Shown: in pieces, positions 35,591-45,587 of the stretch
How the letters are laid out: each line of letters begins with the position of its first letter
Position numbering within the stretch: the first letter of the stretch is position 1
Assembly: GCA_016782425.1 (NCBI GenBank)
Contig: JADHYN010000005.1
Location: 6,502 to 70,501, forward strand
Direction of reading: 5' to 3'
Source of the DNA: Candidatus Omnitrophota bacterium
GTDB taxonomy: Bacteria; Omnitrophota; Gorgyraeia; JABMRN01; RBG-13-46-9
Length of the DNA stretch: 64,000 bases
Translations under genes and position numbers: made by a program
The notes under the pieces: model-generated
The model's database searches: none
Told to the model about the DNA's origin: nothing
What the model saw: only the letters and a program-made list of their open reading frames with translations

Positions 35591-35611
35591 GCCTGCCTAC
35601 CGGCAGGCAGG
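35591..35611. repeat. REP-like palindrome GCCTGCCTACCGGCAGGCAGG
   Basis: CCTGCC/GGCAGG arms. Related copies lie at 60275-60325 (expanded) and 63204-63220. Confidence 0.6.
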
Positions 35612-35626
35612 AAAAATTGAAATAAC

Positions 35627-37450
35627 ATGCCGAATCAAAAAAGAAGAAAAGACGTTCGAAACCTCGCGATTATAGCGCACGTTGACCATGGGAAAACTAC
35701 GCTTGTCGATGCCCTTCTTAAATATACAGGCGCCTATGAGTTTAAAGATGGTGAGGTTGCCATAATGGACTCGAATCCTCTTGAGAAAGAAAGAGGCATT
35801 ACGATCCTCTCTAAAAACGCTTCCCTCCAGTATAAAGGAGTGCAGTTCAATCTTGTTGATACGCCCGGGCACGCTGATTTTGGCAGTGAGGTCGAGCGCA
35901 TTCTTAAGATGGTTGATGGCGTGCTTCTTCTTGTTGACGCTTTTGAAGGGCCCATGCCGCAGACTAAATTTGTTTTGAAGAAGTCTCTCGAGTTACACTT
36001 AAAACCGATACTTGTAATAAATAAACTTGATCGCCCTCATGCCCGCCCGAATGAAGTGGCAGATGCGACATTTGATCTTTTTTGCGAACTGAACGCAACT
36101 GACGAACAGCTTGATTTCCCGATTTGTTACGCCTCGGGTAAAGACGGTTACGCGACCCTTGATCTTGATGAGCCAAGAAACTCTATGAAGCCTCTTTTAG
36201 AGACTATCCTGCATAGGGTGTTGCCGCCGATAGCTAACCCTGATCTACCTTTTCAGATGCTGGTTACAATGCTTGATTATGACTCTTATACCGGACGAAT
36301 AGCCATAGGACGGGTTTTTCATGGCGGTATTCGTGTCGGGGATCCTGTGGCGCTTGTAAAGCGTAATGGAACCGTTATCAAGAACAAGGTAACTAAGATC
36401 ATGAAGTATCGCGGGCTGATCCGGGTTGAGGCCAATGAGGCCATAGCAGGAGATATTATATTAATCTCCGGGATAGAGGATGTGGAGGTGGGAGAGACGC
36501 TTGCGTGCATTGATACGCCAAAAGGATTGCCTGCTATTAAGATAGATGAGCCCACGATCTCTATGAACTTTTCTCATAACACAAGCCCTCTCTCGGGCAA
36601 GGATGGAGGCAGATTTTTAACTTCACGGCACATACGAGAACGGCTTCTACACGAAGCCATGATCAATGTCGGCATCAAGGTCGAGGAGGTCGCGGGAACC
36701 GAAAGGTTAAAGGTTTCAGGCCGCGGCGAGCTGCATCTTGCCATTCTTATTGAAACGATGCGGCGTGAAGGGTATGAGGTGGAAGTCTCGAAGCCCAGGG
36801 TTATTTTAAAAGAAATGGGCGATCAAACACTTGAGCCTGTTGAAGAAGTGGTGATCGAGGTGGAAAGCAGGTACCAGGGCGCTGTTATGCAGGCGCTCGG
36901 AGCCCGCAAGGCCCAGATGCGCGATCTAAAGACAACATCTTCCGGCACTAACCGCATGGAGTTTATTATTGCCACAAGGGCGCTGATCGGGTTCAGGAGC
37001 GAGTTCCTTATGATGACCCGGGGCAGTGGTATTATGTACCAGAATTTCCTCGAATATCAGACCTATAAAGGAGATATGCCCGGCCGTCAAAGCGGTGTTA
37101 TGGTTTCGCACGGGGCCGGTGATGCAGTGGCGTACGCGCTTTACAACTTGCAGCCGCGCGGCGAGATTTTTGTTAGTCCGGGAGATAAGCTATACGAGGG
37201 AATGATCGTTGGCGTGAGCAATAAGGGCAGCGACCTTGTTGTGAACGCCTTACGCGGAAAGAAATTAACTAATATGCGCGCTTCAGGTAGTGATGACGCG
37301 ATTCTACTTATACCTCCCCGGCAAATGACCCTTGAGTTCGCTCTTGAGTTTATTGAGGACGATGAACTGGTTGAGATAACCCCCAAACATATAAGGCTCA
37401 GGAAATTGCATTTACAAGAAGTGGTCCGAAAGCGGGCGGGCCGCAAATAG
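35627..37450 (+). CDS. typA: Translational GTPase TypA/BipA
   Basis: IRNLAIIAHVDHGKTTLVD, DTPGHADF, NKLD. 607 aa. Confidence 0.95.
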   Translation: MPNQKRRKDVRNLAIIAHVDHGKTTLVDALLKYTGAYEFKDGEVAIMDSNPLEKERGITILSKNASLQYKGVQFNLVDTPGHADFGSEVERILKMVDGVLLLVDAFEGPMPQTKFVLKKSLELHLKPILVINKLDRPHARPNEVADATFDLFCELNATDEQLDFPICYASGKDGYATLDLDEPRNSMKPLLETILHRVLPPIANPDLPFQMLVTMLDYDSYTGRIAIGRVFHGGIRVGDPVALVKRNGTVIKNKVTKIMKYRGLIRVEANEAIAGDIILISGIEDVEVGETLACIDTPKGLPAIKIDEPTISMNFSHNTSPLSGKDGGRFLTSRHIRERLLHEAMINVGIKVEEVAGTERLKVSGRGELHLAILIETMRREGYEVEVSKPRVILKEMGDQTLEPVEEVVIEVESRYQGAVMQALGARKAQMRDLKTTSSGTNRMEFIIATRALIGFRSEFLMMTRGSGIMYQNFLEYQTYKGDMPGRQSGVMVSHGAGDAVAYALYNLQPRGEIFVSPGDKLYEGMIVGVSNKGSDLVVNALRGKKLTNMRASGSDDAILLIPPRQMTLEFALEFIEDDELVEITPKHIRLRKLHLQEVVRKRAGRK

Positions 37451-37453
37451 CTA

Positions 37454-37951
37454 ATGAAAAAGATCATACTGGACGGCTACAACGTAATATACAAAATACC
37501 GGCACTTACCCGGAAGTTAGATGAAAGTCTGGAGGCAGGGCGGATAGCCCTCGCGCATTTTTTATCCGGGTGGCGCAAACGATATAGCAACGCAGATATA
37601 TGCATAGTTTTTGACGGAAAAGATCACGAGATTCTCGACGCCTCACCCTTAAAGATCGCCGGCATAGAGTGCATCTTTACGCGAACAGGCGAAACAGCTG
37701 ATAATCGTATCATAAAAATTGTGCATGATTCGGAAAACCCGCGCGATATACTGGTAATATCAGAGGATAACAGCGTCGGAAACTCATGCTGCGCTCATGG
37801 CGCAGAAGTCAAGCCGTCAAGTTTTTTAATGCCACGGAATAAAAAAAAGGAAAGAGTCTCCGAAGATAAAGATAAAGCAATCTCCGCTACGAATTCAACC
37901 CGCATAACAAATTCTTACAAAAACTATCTGGAAGACACGGGAAAAATTTGA
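37454..37951 (+). CDS. NYN-domain (YacP/Rae1-like) ribonuclease family protein
   Basis: The N-terminal MKKIILDGYNVIYKIP... and ...IVFDG...TADNRI pattern matches the YacP-like NYN domain. Confidence 0.65.
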   Translation: MKKIILDGYNVIYKIPALTRKLDESLEAGRIALAHFLSGWRKRYSNADICIVFDGKDHEILDASPLKIAGIECIFTRTGETADNRIIKIVHDSENPRDILVISEDNSVGNSCCAHGAEVKPSSFLMPRNKKKERVSEDKDKAISATNSTRITNSYKNYLEDTGKI

Positions 37952-39171
37952 AATACAAAAAACCGGAATTAATAGCGCCCGCGGGAAGCTGGTGCGCCCT
38001 AAACACAGCCGTAGAATCAGGGGCTGATTCTGTTTATTTTGGCATAAAGAATCTGAACATGAGACACTGGGCAGTAAACTTTGATATGCTTGAGATAAAA
38101 AAGATAATGGCCTCTCTTCACAAAAGCGGGAAAAAGGGGTACCTGGCATTAAATACTATCATGTACAACAAGGATCTCGTGAAGATCAAAAAGATTTTAA
38201 GGCTGGCCAAAAAGGCTAAGGTAGACGCTATTATACTCTGGGACATGGCAGTGCTTAGGTACGCAAAGGCGCTGGGCCTAAAAATACATCTATCGACCCA
38301 GGCAAGCGTTTCAAACTTCACAGCTCTTAAGTTTTACAATTCATTAGGCGTTAAAAGAATCGTGCTTGCCAGAGAGTGCAGCCTAACCGACATAAAAAAC
38401 ATATCTAACCGGGTAAAGAAAGAAAAACTGGACTGCGAGATAGAGGTTTTTGCCCATGGAGCGCTATGTGTCAGCATATCAGGAAGGTGCTTTCTTTCGC
38501 ACGATTCATTTTCACAATCAGCCAATAGAGGCAAGTGCCTGCAGCCATGCAGGCGTAAGTTTCTAATAAGAGATATTCAGGAGCCTGACAATGAATACGC
38601 AATAGGCGAGGATTACGTATTGAGCGCAAAGGATCTCTGCACAGTGGATTTTCTTGATAAGCTGGTAGAATCCCGCATAAATGCCTTCAAAATAGAAGGC
38701 AGGATGCGCTCTGCCGAATATGTAGGAGAGGTTACTAGTGTTTACAGGGAAGCCATAGATTCTTTCTTCGAAGGCAAGCTTGGCCCCGGTAAGAAAAAAT
38801 CCCTGAAAAAAAGACTTTCGCTTACTTACAACAGGGGTTTTACAGATGGGTTCTTTTTTTCGCAGCCCGAGGATACAGGCAGTAAGATAGGTACAAGCGC
38901 TTATGATAAATCCTATATCGGAAAAGTAGTCAACTTTTATAATAAAGTAGCTGCTGCGAGCGTACTCTTGACAAACGGAGATTTAAGAAAGGGTCAGAAT
39001 ATACTGATCTACGGAAAAACTACTCCTGCCAGGGTTATAAAAGTGGGTCAGATGCATAAGGAAAATGCTTCTATAGATTATGCAAAAAGGGGAGAGGCGA
39101 TTGGCCTGAAGCTACCGTTCAGGGTTCGGCGCAACGATAAGATCTTCCTCTACGAACTTAGTAAAAACTAA
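37948..39171 (+). CDS. Peptidase U32 family protein
   Basis: KPELIAPAGS...AVESGADSVYFG...FKIEGRMRS. TTG start overlapping the previous gene. Confidence 0.85.
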   Translation: MKYKKPELIAPAGSWCALNTAVESGADSVYFGIKNLNMRHWAVNFDMLEIKKIMASLHKSGKKGYLALNTIMYNKDLVKIKKILRLAKKAKVDAIILWDMAVLRYAKALGLKIHLSTQASVSNFTALKFYNSLGVKRIVLARECSLTDIKNISNRVKKEKLDCEIEVFAHGALCVSISGRCFLSHDSFSQSANRGKCLQPCRRKFLIRDIQEPDNEYAIGEDYVLSAKDLCTVDFLDKLVESRINAFKIEGRMRSAEYVGEVTSVYREAIDSFFEGKLGPGKKKSLKKRLSLTYNRGFTDGFFFSQPEDTGSKIGTSAYDKSYIGKVVNFYNKVAAASVLLTNGDLRKGQNILIYGKTTPARVIKVGQMHKENASIDYAKRGEAIGLKLPFRVRRNDKIFLYELSKN

Positions 39172-39173
39172 CC

Positions 39174-40421
39174 CTATTTATGTAAATCATGGTCAAAGAG
39201 GCTTTTCATCGAGTCCCAATATCTTACGTGCGGCTTGACCTTCAGGATCCCGAATTCTTTCATTATTTCAAGCCCAAACAATCCGGAAAATAATAGCAAG
39301 ATCAGGACGCAGAATATCCGGCTGATCATCCTCTTCGCCTTCATTAATGCGATTATGCACGGAAGAATGCCGAATAGAATGACTATTCCAACACCGCCTA
39401 CAATGTCCAAAGCCTTAAGGAAGACATTCGGATAGATAAGGCTGATAACAAGCGGCGGGATAAAAGAAGACACGATGACAAAATATTTATTTTTAACATG
39501 AAAGTGATTTACCGCCAGGTCCTTGATGAAAGCCATGAGCCCGAGGCCGCAGGCAATGTAAGAAGTCGTGATCGCAAAAAGCGCAAAGATGAGTGAACCG
39601 TAAGTAAATAACGGCAAATTAATTCTTTGTGAAAGTGGTATGGTTGCAGGGTAGTTGTGGTTGAATGCGTACATCAGGCTGTACTGTTCGCCTTCAAGGG
39701 GTAGCGCTCCGACAGCAAGATAGACCCAAACAGCATACATAATAAAACCGATCAAAATTCCTACCAGAAGCGTGATCCGGATCGTTCGATAATCCCAGTT
39801 TACGGCCTTGCAACATGACGGGATAATATTGTGGAAGTAAAAAGCCGTAACGATCAGCGGAATCGAAGCCGGTAGATAGCTCCAATCTGTATAGAGGAGG
39901 TTTTTCGTTTCAACGTAGCCTGCCGTTAAATAAGCTATTAAAGCGAATGCACCCCACAAAATTACCATTAAAACCGCGTTGTATTTTCTGATAATACTGA
40001 TCCCCGCAAGTAAAAGCGAAGTCATGAGAAGGAAAAATGCGAGGAGGACCCAGTCGCTTGTAACTTCGAAGTTGAAAAATTTGGAAATTACCGTTGCCGC
40101 GCCGGTCAAATATGCGGTAAGGAGGCCGTAGAGCACGATCAGGTTTGCGAAAATAGCTATCCATTTTCCAAAAGGGCCAAGATATTTTTTATACATCGTC
40201 GCATAGTGAAAATTAGGATCTTTCGATTCGGTTGCTTCGCGGGCAAGTATAGTAGCCGTAAAAAGCATTGCGGCGCAGATTACAGCCATTCCACAAAGAG
40301 ACGGGATGAAACCGGAAAGCCCGGTCTTGATCGGCAACGCTAAAATGCCGGCGCCGATTAAGCTGCCGGTGACGAGCGATGCAACGGTTAGTGTGAGTAG
40401 TATAGAGTTTTTTTGTTTCAT
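39174..40421 (-). CDS. Amino-acid permease (aromatic amino acid / TyrP-Mtr-TnaB-like family)
   Basis: About 11 TM segments, with N-terminal GSLIGAGILALPIKTGLSG. Confidence 0.75.
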   Translation of the reverse strand: MKQKNSILLTLTVASLVTGSLIGAGILALPIKTGLSGFIPSLCGMAVICAAMLFTATILAREATESKDPNFHYATMYKKYLGPFGKWIAIFANLIVLYGLLTAYLTGAATVISKFFNFEVTSDWVLLAFFLLMTSLLLAGISIIRKYNAVLMVILWGAFALIAYLTAGYVETKNLLYTDWSYLPASIPLIVTAFYFHNIIPSCCKAVNWDYRTIRITLLVGILIGFIMYAVWVYLAVGALPLEGEQYSLMYAFNHNYPATIPLSQRINLPLFTYGSLIFALFAITTSYIACGLGLMAFIKDLAVNHFHVKNKYFVIVSSFIPPLVISLIYPNVFLKALDIVGGVGIVILFGILPCIIALMKAKRMISRIFCVLILLLFSGLFGLEIMKEFGILKVKPHVRYWDSMKSLFDHDLHK

Positions 40422-40466
40422 ATTTTTTTGTTGGTTAACGGTGTGAGTTACACTAACATACTGGTA

Positions 40467-41027
40467 TTAATCAGCAAGTATCTCGTCGAGCTTTTTGGAA
40501 ACAACCTTGTAGTAAGTGTGCCAGAACAACATTGCGGGAGTTTGAAAATCCTTGAAGTCCGAATGAATGTAATCCTCGTCCTCTAAAACTATCCCTTTTT
40601 CTGCGGTATCATAGAAAAGAATGCCCGGGGTCTTGTCCAAGCCGTATAATTTTTCTAATTCAATAGCTATAACCTTGTCCGGCTTTCCTTTTTCTGCCGT
40701 TTCAACGACTATGAAAAAGATTTCTTCTTTATAATCGTGAGATACATATTTAAGAAGCGACGCTAGGCGCTGGGATTCCGGGTCAATGTTTGAATAAAAG
40801 AACGCTATAACCGGTTTATTGGTTTCCCGGTCCGCTTTTAAAACCGTATGATAATTATCCACGCTGACGTGCCTTACGGGGGCGTCTTTGAGGGTCTGCT
40901 TGACGGGAAGTTTCGCGAGCTCACGAACTTCTTTCATTTTGACTTTTTCCTTTTGAGCGTGCGCAAAAACCGCTGCGCCGCACAAAAACACCGCAAAAAA
41001 TACAAAGCCTTTCATGCCTTTCCCCAT
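40467..41027 (-). CDS. Secreted thioredoxin-fold-like protein without a CxxC motif
   Basis: Trimmed to MGKGMKGFVFFAVFLCGAAVFAHA..., which has a signal peptide. The longer track ORF would run through the divergent promoter at 41071-41099. Confidence 0.45.
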   Translation of the reverse strand: MGKGMKGFVFFAVFLCGAAVFAHAQKEKVKMKEVRELAKLPVKQTLKDAPVRHVSVDNYHTVLKADRETNKPVIAFFYSNIDPESQRLASLLKYVSHDYKEEIFFIVVETAEKGKPDKVIAIELEKLYGLDKTPGILFYDTAEKGIVLEDEDYIHSDFKDFQTPAMLFWHTYYKVVSKKLDEILAD

Positions 41028-41070
41028 GCTAAAATCATAGCAAGTTTTGCTCCCCTCGTCAACTTTTATC

Positions 41071-41099
41071 TTGAGGCGTCTGGTTTTTAGCTGTATAAT
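41071..41099 (+). promoter_or_regulatory. Promoter (TTGAGG, 17 nt, TATAAT), 7 nt before the ATG
   Basis: TTGAGG at 41071-41076, TATAAT at 41094-41099, ATG at 41107. Confidence 0.6.
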
Positions 41100-41106
41100 C
41101 CCATGC

Positions 41107-41985
41107 ATGAATTGCTCGGATAATATTCTTATTACAGGTATCACATCTATACATGGATGGCCGATCTTTTCTTCGTTTAGGAAGAAATACGGAGAACGCG
41201 TATATGGAGTTTCTCCGGATAATATGTCCCGCTTTTTTAAAAATGATAAAAAAGTATTTTTTTGCAATATGGAAAACTTTTCTGTGATGGGAAAGATATT
41301 CGATAAGGTTGAGCCTAAGGCGGTCGTGCATGCCGGAGGGGTATGCGATCTCGACAGGTGTGAAAATTCACCTGATTTTGCTTACGAGGTGAACGTTTTA
41401 GGCACACGCAACATTGTCGGTTTATCAAAAAATAGCTATTTTTTATATATTAGCACAGATTTAGTTTTTTCAGGGAATGACCTCCTGGATTGCGGATATC
41501 GGGAATTATCGAGGTGTGATCCTGTTAGTGTAGTCGGCAAAACTTTCAGGAATGCGGAAAATGAAGTATTAAAACACGCGATGAGCGGTATAATACGCTT
41601 GGGATTACCCATAGGTCCGTCGATTTCAGACGAAAAAGGAGCCATAGATTTTATCGCGAAAAGACTAAAAACAGAGAGAAAAATGACACTTTTCCATGAT
41701 GAAATAAGGTCTTTGATCACAACAGACGATCTGGCTAAGGCAGTCATTCATTTTTTTGATAAAAAAGGGCAGGGCGTGTTTCATTGCGGCGGGCCTCAGG
41801 AATATAGCTTATACGATATCGGGGCACATCTTGTTGAAACGCGCGGATATAAAAAGAAATTTTTAATAAGATCTTCCCGTTTCGACGAAAAAAACGGCCC
41901 GCCCCGGATCGGCAGGACAACGCTTGATTCTACTAAGTTTTATGAATTTACAGGTTTTACGCCTTCTGACGCTTTGCAAAAATAA
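41107..41985 (+). CDS. NAD(P)-dependent sugar epimerase/reductase (SDR, RmlD-like)
   Basis: ILITGITSIHGWP (a degenerate Rossmann GxxGxxG motif). ~290 aa. The start was trimmed to Met21 of the track ORF. Confidence 0.65.
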   Translation: MNCSDNILITGITSIHGWPIFSSFRKKYGERVYGVSPDNMSRFFKNDKKVFFCNMENFSVMGKIFDKVEPKAVVHAGGVCDLDRCENSPDFAYEVNVLGTRNIVGLSKNSYFLYISTDLVFSGNDLLDCGYRELSRCDPVSVVGKTFRNAENEVLKHAMSGIIRLGLPIGPSISDEKGAIDFIAKRLKTERKMTLFHDEIRSLITTDDLAKAVIHFFDKKGQGVFHCGGPQEYSLYDIGAHLVETRGYKKKFLIRSSRFDEKNGPPRIGRTTLDSTKFYEFTGFTPSDALQK

Positions 41986-42003
41986 CCCGTGCACAACTCA
42001 CTT

Positions 42004-42504
42004 CTATCTATAATTACAAAAAGTAAGTTCTATCGGGAAGTTTATTTTTCGTAGGTGCCCTATTACGAGTTGAAGGTCGTCTTTTTTCGGAGAAACTACC
42101 CGTAGCTTCTCTCCCTCTATCCGGACCTGGACCTTGAGCCCCAGTTTTTTTATTATTGCGGTGATCTCCTTTGCTTTTTCGTGGGGTATTCCCGTTACAA
42201 GATCAGCCGTCTGCTGAATGCAGCCCCCGAAAACCGTCTGCTGTTCTTTAAATATCAGGAGCTTTATAGAAACCCCCCTTTTAGCAAGCTTAGAGGCAAA
42301 AATGTCTTTAAGGGCTCGCAATTTAAAGTCATTATCCCCGACCAGCGTTATCTTCTTTTCGTCGCGGTTATATTCTATCGAGGCCTTACTTCCCTTAAAA
42401 TCGTATCTCTGTAAAAGCTCCTTCTTTGTCTGATTGACGGCGTTGTCCACTTCTTGAAGGTTCGCTTCCGCTACAATATCGAACGATGAATTTTCTTTGG
42501 CCAT
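42004..42504 (-). CDS. yajQ: YajQ-family (UPF0234) nucleotide / c-di-GMP-binding protein
   Basis: SFDIVAEANLQEVDNAVNQTKKELLQRYDFKGS. 166 aa. Confidence 0.9.
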   Translation of the reverse strand: MAKENSSFDIVAEANLQEVDNAVNQTKKELLQRYDFKGSKASIEYNRDEKKITLVGDNDFKLRALKDIFASKLAKRGVSIKLLIFKEQQTVFGGCIQQTADLVTGIPHEKAKEITAIIKKLGLKVQVRIEGEKLRVVSPKKDDLQLVIGHLRKINFPIELTFCNYR

Positions 42505-42531
42505 TTTCTTTCTCCTTTTTAGTCGCTGTTT

Positions 42532-43278
42532 CTATTTTTTAAAATTCTTACATTTTTCGCATTCTTTTTGAAGAAGGGTGTTTTCCGTTCCGCAATTATT
42601 ACACACCCAGAATCCTTCGGGAGGATTTTTTATAAGCTGCTGTTTTTTAATATACGGCAGACCCTTATAAACCACCGCGAAATACCCTGCCCCTATTATG
42701 AAAAATATGATCAGATATTTTAGAAAAGGCAGGACAGTATAAATAGGCCGGACCCTGGCCAGGTCTATACCGTATCTCTTTAACCTTTCTTCAACAAGCA
42801 TATATGCGTCGTTATAGTTCTCTACTTTGTAAGGGGTTGTAGCCTCTATAAACTTTTCGGAAAACCTATATTCCCCGGTGAAAAAAGATTTTAGTTTATT
42901 TAAATAACTTTTGTAAAATCTGGCTGCCAGGGCGTAACGGGCCTCGTCTTCATTTACACGCGCCAAAAGGAAATCCGTGCCGAAATATTCCGGCCAGATT
43001 ACCCGCGCTTTTAAAAGTTTTGCCTCTGCTTTTTTAAGTTTTCCCGCGGATATGGCGTATATGCCGTCTGAATAATTTTGCAGAAAATCACTTATGTTGG
43101 CCTGCACTATGCCGTCGCGGGGCGGATCTTTTATCACACCTGCCTGAAGATAGAACCTTTCATATGAAAAAAATATATTCTCTTCCCGGGATTCCTGCGC
43201 AAAAAGCCATAGGGAACACCATGCGCATGCAAGAGTAAAAAACACCGATATAATAAGAACCTTTTTCCTTAAAATCAT
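42532..43278 (-). CDS. Hypothetical membrane protein with a C-terminal zinc-ribbon
   Basis: Signal/TM at the N-terminus, a TM helix near aa 185-205, and a C-terminal CNNCGTEN...CEKC. Confidence 0.5.
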   Translation of the reverse strand: MILRKKVLIISVFFTLACAWCSLWLFAQESREENIFFSYERFYLQAGVIKDPPRDGIVQANISDFLQNYSDGIYAISAGKLKKAEAKLLKARVIWPEYFGTDFLLARVNEDEARYALAARFYKSYLNKLKSFFTGEYRFSEKFIEATTPYKVENYNDAYMLVEERLKRYGIDLARVRPIYTVLPFLKYLIIFFIIGAGYFAVVYKGLPYIKKQQLIKNPPEGFWVCNNCGTENTLLQKECEKCKNFKK

Positions 43279-43471
43279 TGATATTCCTTTTCTTATCTAG
43301 CAATTATTATATCATAGACTGCATTTTTAGAGCAGGTATTTAAGCGCGGGCTTTGAGTCGTGCCTTTGCTCGGCAGGCGGACAACCCTCTCTGCCCGTGC
43401 TTAATAGCCAAAATATCCCCTTGCTTTCCCGCCTCTTACACCTTAAAATACCTCATTAAGGAGAAGTTTAG

Positions 43472-43753
43472 ATGATAAGAATAATATTAGTTCTAATGCG
43501 AATAGCAGTATTTATAGTGTTATTTTACATTATTTATTCTGTCTATAAATCATTCCGGAAGCCTGATGAAAAAAAGACACCTAGGAAAATTACGCTCTGC
43601 CCGTCTCCAAAGATCTTCATAGATTACACGGAAGGAAGAATAAAAGGTAGCAGGAAGAAAGCGTTAGACAGCCATATAGCTCATTGTAAAAATTGTCAGG
43701 ACGCCTTGAGGGATGTGTTTGACATACCAAAAAACAAAGGAGGTACCTCATGA
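43472..43753 (+). CDS. Small membrane protein with a zf-HC2 (anti-sigma-like) motif
   Basis: N-terminal TM helix, then DYTEGRIKGSRKKALDSHIAHCKNCQDAL (H-x3-C-x2-C). Confidence 0.45.
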   Translation: MIRIILVLMRIAVFIVLFYIIYSVYKSFRKPDEKKTPRKITLCPSPKIFIDYTEGRIKGSRKKALDSHIAHCKNCQDALRDVFDIPKNKGGTS

Positions 43754-43992
43754 CACTTGAAACGATACGTGCTGCGCTTGGTTGGTGCGCTGTAATAAAT
43801 ATGGGGTTGCTCCTGTGGTGGTTTTTTGCTATTACAGTGTTACATGATCTAGTGTATCGGTGGCACAGTAAATGGTTTAAGCTATCAGTAGAAAAGTTTG
43901 ATGAGATTCATTATGCGGGCATAGCGTTCTTCAAGATAGCTATATTCTTTTTTAATATTGTACCATATTTCGCATTACGCATTGTCGGGTGA
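43750..43992 (+). CDS. Hypothetical 2-TM protein
   Basis: ATGA overlap with the previous gene. Confidence 0.5.
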   Translation: MTLETIRAALGWCAVINMGLLLWWFFAITVLHDLVYRWHSKWFKLSVEKFDEIHYAGIAFFKIAIFFFNIVPYFALRIVG

Positions 43993-43998
43993 GAAGAA

Positions 43999-45345
43999 GT
44001 GTATCGAAAGCTTTTAATCGCGATCTGTTTAATATTCGCCACGGCAGCCGCGCATGCGGCAGAGCCTGCAAGTCACAGAGAGGATCTTCCTTTCCTGGAA
44101 TCATGGTTTAGGCAGGAAGAAGCTACCGGCGACTGGTATGGCTTACGCAATAAGCTTGACGATCGCGGCATAACCATTAGCTCAAATTATACTACTGATA
44201 TCGGCGGCAACCCTGTCGGCGGCTTGAATCAAGTCGTGAGATATTCCGGGTTCCTGGATGTTTCTGTAACGTTGGACCTCGAGAAAATCGCCTCTCTGAA
44301 AGGCGTGGCCCTTAGTGTCGGCAATTATTGGGCCTCGGGAAGGAACCTCTCCGAAGCGATCGGCAACTTCTTCCTAGTGCAGGAAATTTACGTTCCCGGA
44401 AATTATTTTTTAGGGGAAATCGAGCTATCTTTAGAGTCTCCGGATGAGACGATGACAGTGGAAGTGGGCCGCTTATTTGCCGGCGATGTTTTTGCTACGT
44501 CCGATCTCTGGAAATACTATGTCAACGCCGGAATTAACAGCAACATGAACTCAATCTCGGCCAACATTTTCTTCCCGTCTTTTAATATAGCCGCGTGGGC
44601 CACGCGGGTCAATTTTCAGCCAAATAGAGAATGGCACCTTGACGCTGCCATCTATGACGCAAATCCGCGTGTTTTTAAAAATGACAACCACGGTGCCTGC
44701 ATGAGCTTTGAGATGGATAGCGGCTATCTCGCCATGGGGCAACTCTCCTATAAGCATCACCAGCGTCCTGAAGATAACGGCAATCCCGGGAGCACAACTT
44801 TCGGCTGCTACTACCAGTCGAGCAGATTCCAGGACCTTACTGATCCAACTAAACGCTGGCACGGAAATTACGGCTATTATTTCATATTTGACCAGATGCT
44901 TTTTCGCGGTGACTGGCCGGTATTTGAGGGCCCGGACTATATGAGCTCGGACGCCACAAACGCCCAACGGATTGAAGAAGCACATGGTCCGCGCACGGCT
45001 GTAAGCGCGGACCGGCCCAAAGGCCTGACCGCCTGGTTTGCAGCGTATATTGCCCCGCAAGTACATATCAATACACAAGCATATCAGATCGCAAGCGGGC
45101 TGACATACCAGGGATTACCCCTAAACCGTGATCATGACGTAACCGCGTTTTGTGTCATTCTGGGCAAATTCAGCGACCAGCTGGATGGACAGGGCATTGA
45201 GACAGTGCTCGAATTAAACCACAGGTTCCAGATCAGCCAGTGGCTCTACGTTACTCCGGACATCCAGTACATCATAGAACCCAATGGCCGGTCAGGCATC
45301 GATGATGCCTTAGTTTTAGGAGTAGAGATCAGCACTAACTTTTAG
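43999..45345 (+). CDS. OprB-family carbohydrate-selective porin
   Basis: Signal peptide, W..GDWYGLRNKLDDRGI...TTDIGGNPVGG (typical OprB N-terminal pattern), and a C-terminal ...ISTNF. Confidence 0.7.
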   Translation: MYRKLLIAICLIFATAAAHAAEPASHREDLPFLESWFRQEEATGDWYGLRNKLDDRGITISSNYTTDIGGNPVGGLNQVVRYSGFLDVSVTLDLEKIASLKGVALSVGNYWASGRNLSEAIGNFFLVQEIYVPGNYFLGEIELSLESPDETMTVEVGRLFAGDVFATSDLWKYYVNAGINSNMNSISANIFFPSFNIAAWATRVNFQPNREWHLDAAIYDANPRVFKNDNHGACMSFEMDSGYLAMGQLSYKHHQRPEDNGNPGSTTFGCYYQSSRFQDLTDPTKRWHGNYGYYFIFDQMLFRGDWPVFEGPDYMSSDATNAQRIEEAHGPRTAVSADRPKGLTAWFAAYIAPQVHINTQAYQIASGLTYQGLPLNRDHDVTAFCVILGKFSDQLDGQGIETVLELNHRFQISQWLYVTPDIQYIIEPNGRSGIDDALVLGVEISTNF

Positions 45346-45406
45346 CATAAAAGTCCACCGCCGCGGTGGAACAGGTTCCCAGTTAAAAAAATCCATAGGA
45401 GGAATC

Positions 45407-45535
45407 ATGGAATGGACATGGACGCACAAAGTAATAGAGAGATTATTTGAGTTTATCTGGCTACATCCGGCGTGGACAATCATTATACTTGTATTAGTAT
45501 TTTCGTGTCCGCATATGTGTAGCAGATGTAAATAG
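45407..45535 (+). CDS. Small hydrophobic/Cys-rich peptide (42 aa), below the track cutoff
   Basis: My own translation is MEWTWTHKVIERLFEFIWLHPAWTIIILVLVFSCPHMCSRCK. RBS TAGGAGG lies 5 nt upstream. Confidence 0.35.
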   Translation: MEWTWTHKVIERLFEFIWLHPAWTIIILVLVFSCPHMCSRCK

Positions 45536-45587
45536 TCCCGCGAGTGTGATTCTGATACAAAACCATTAGTAAAAGGAGGGCAGTGGC

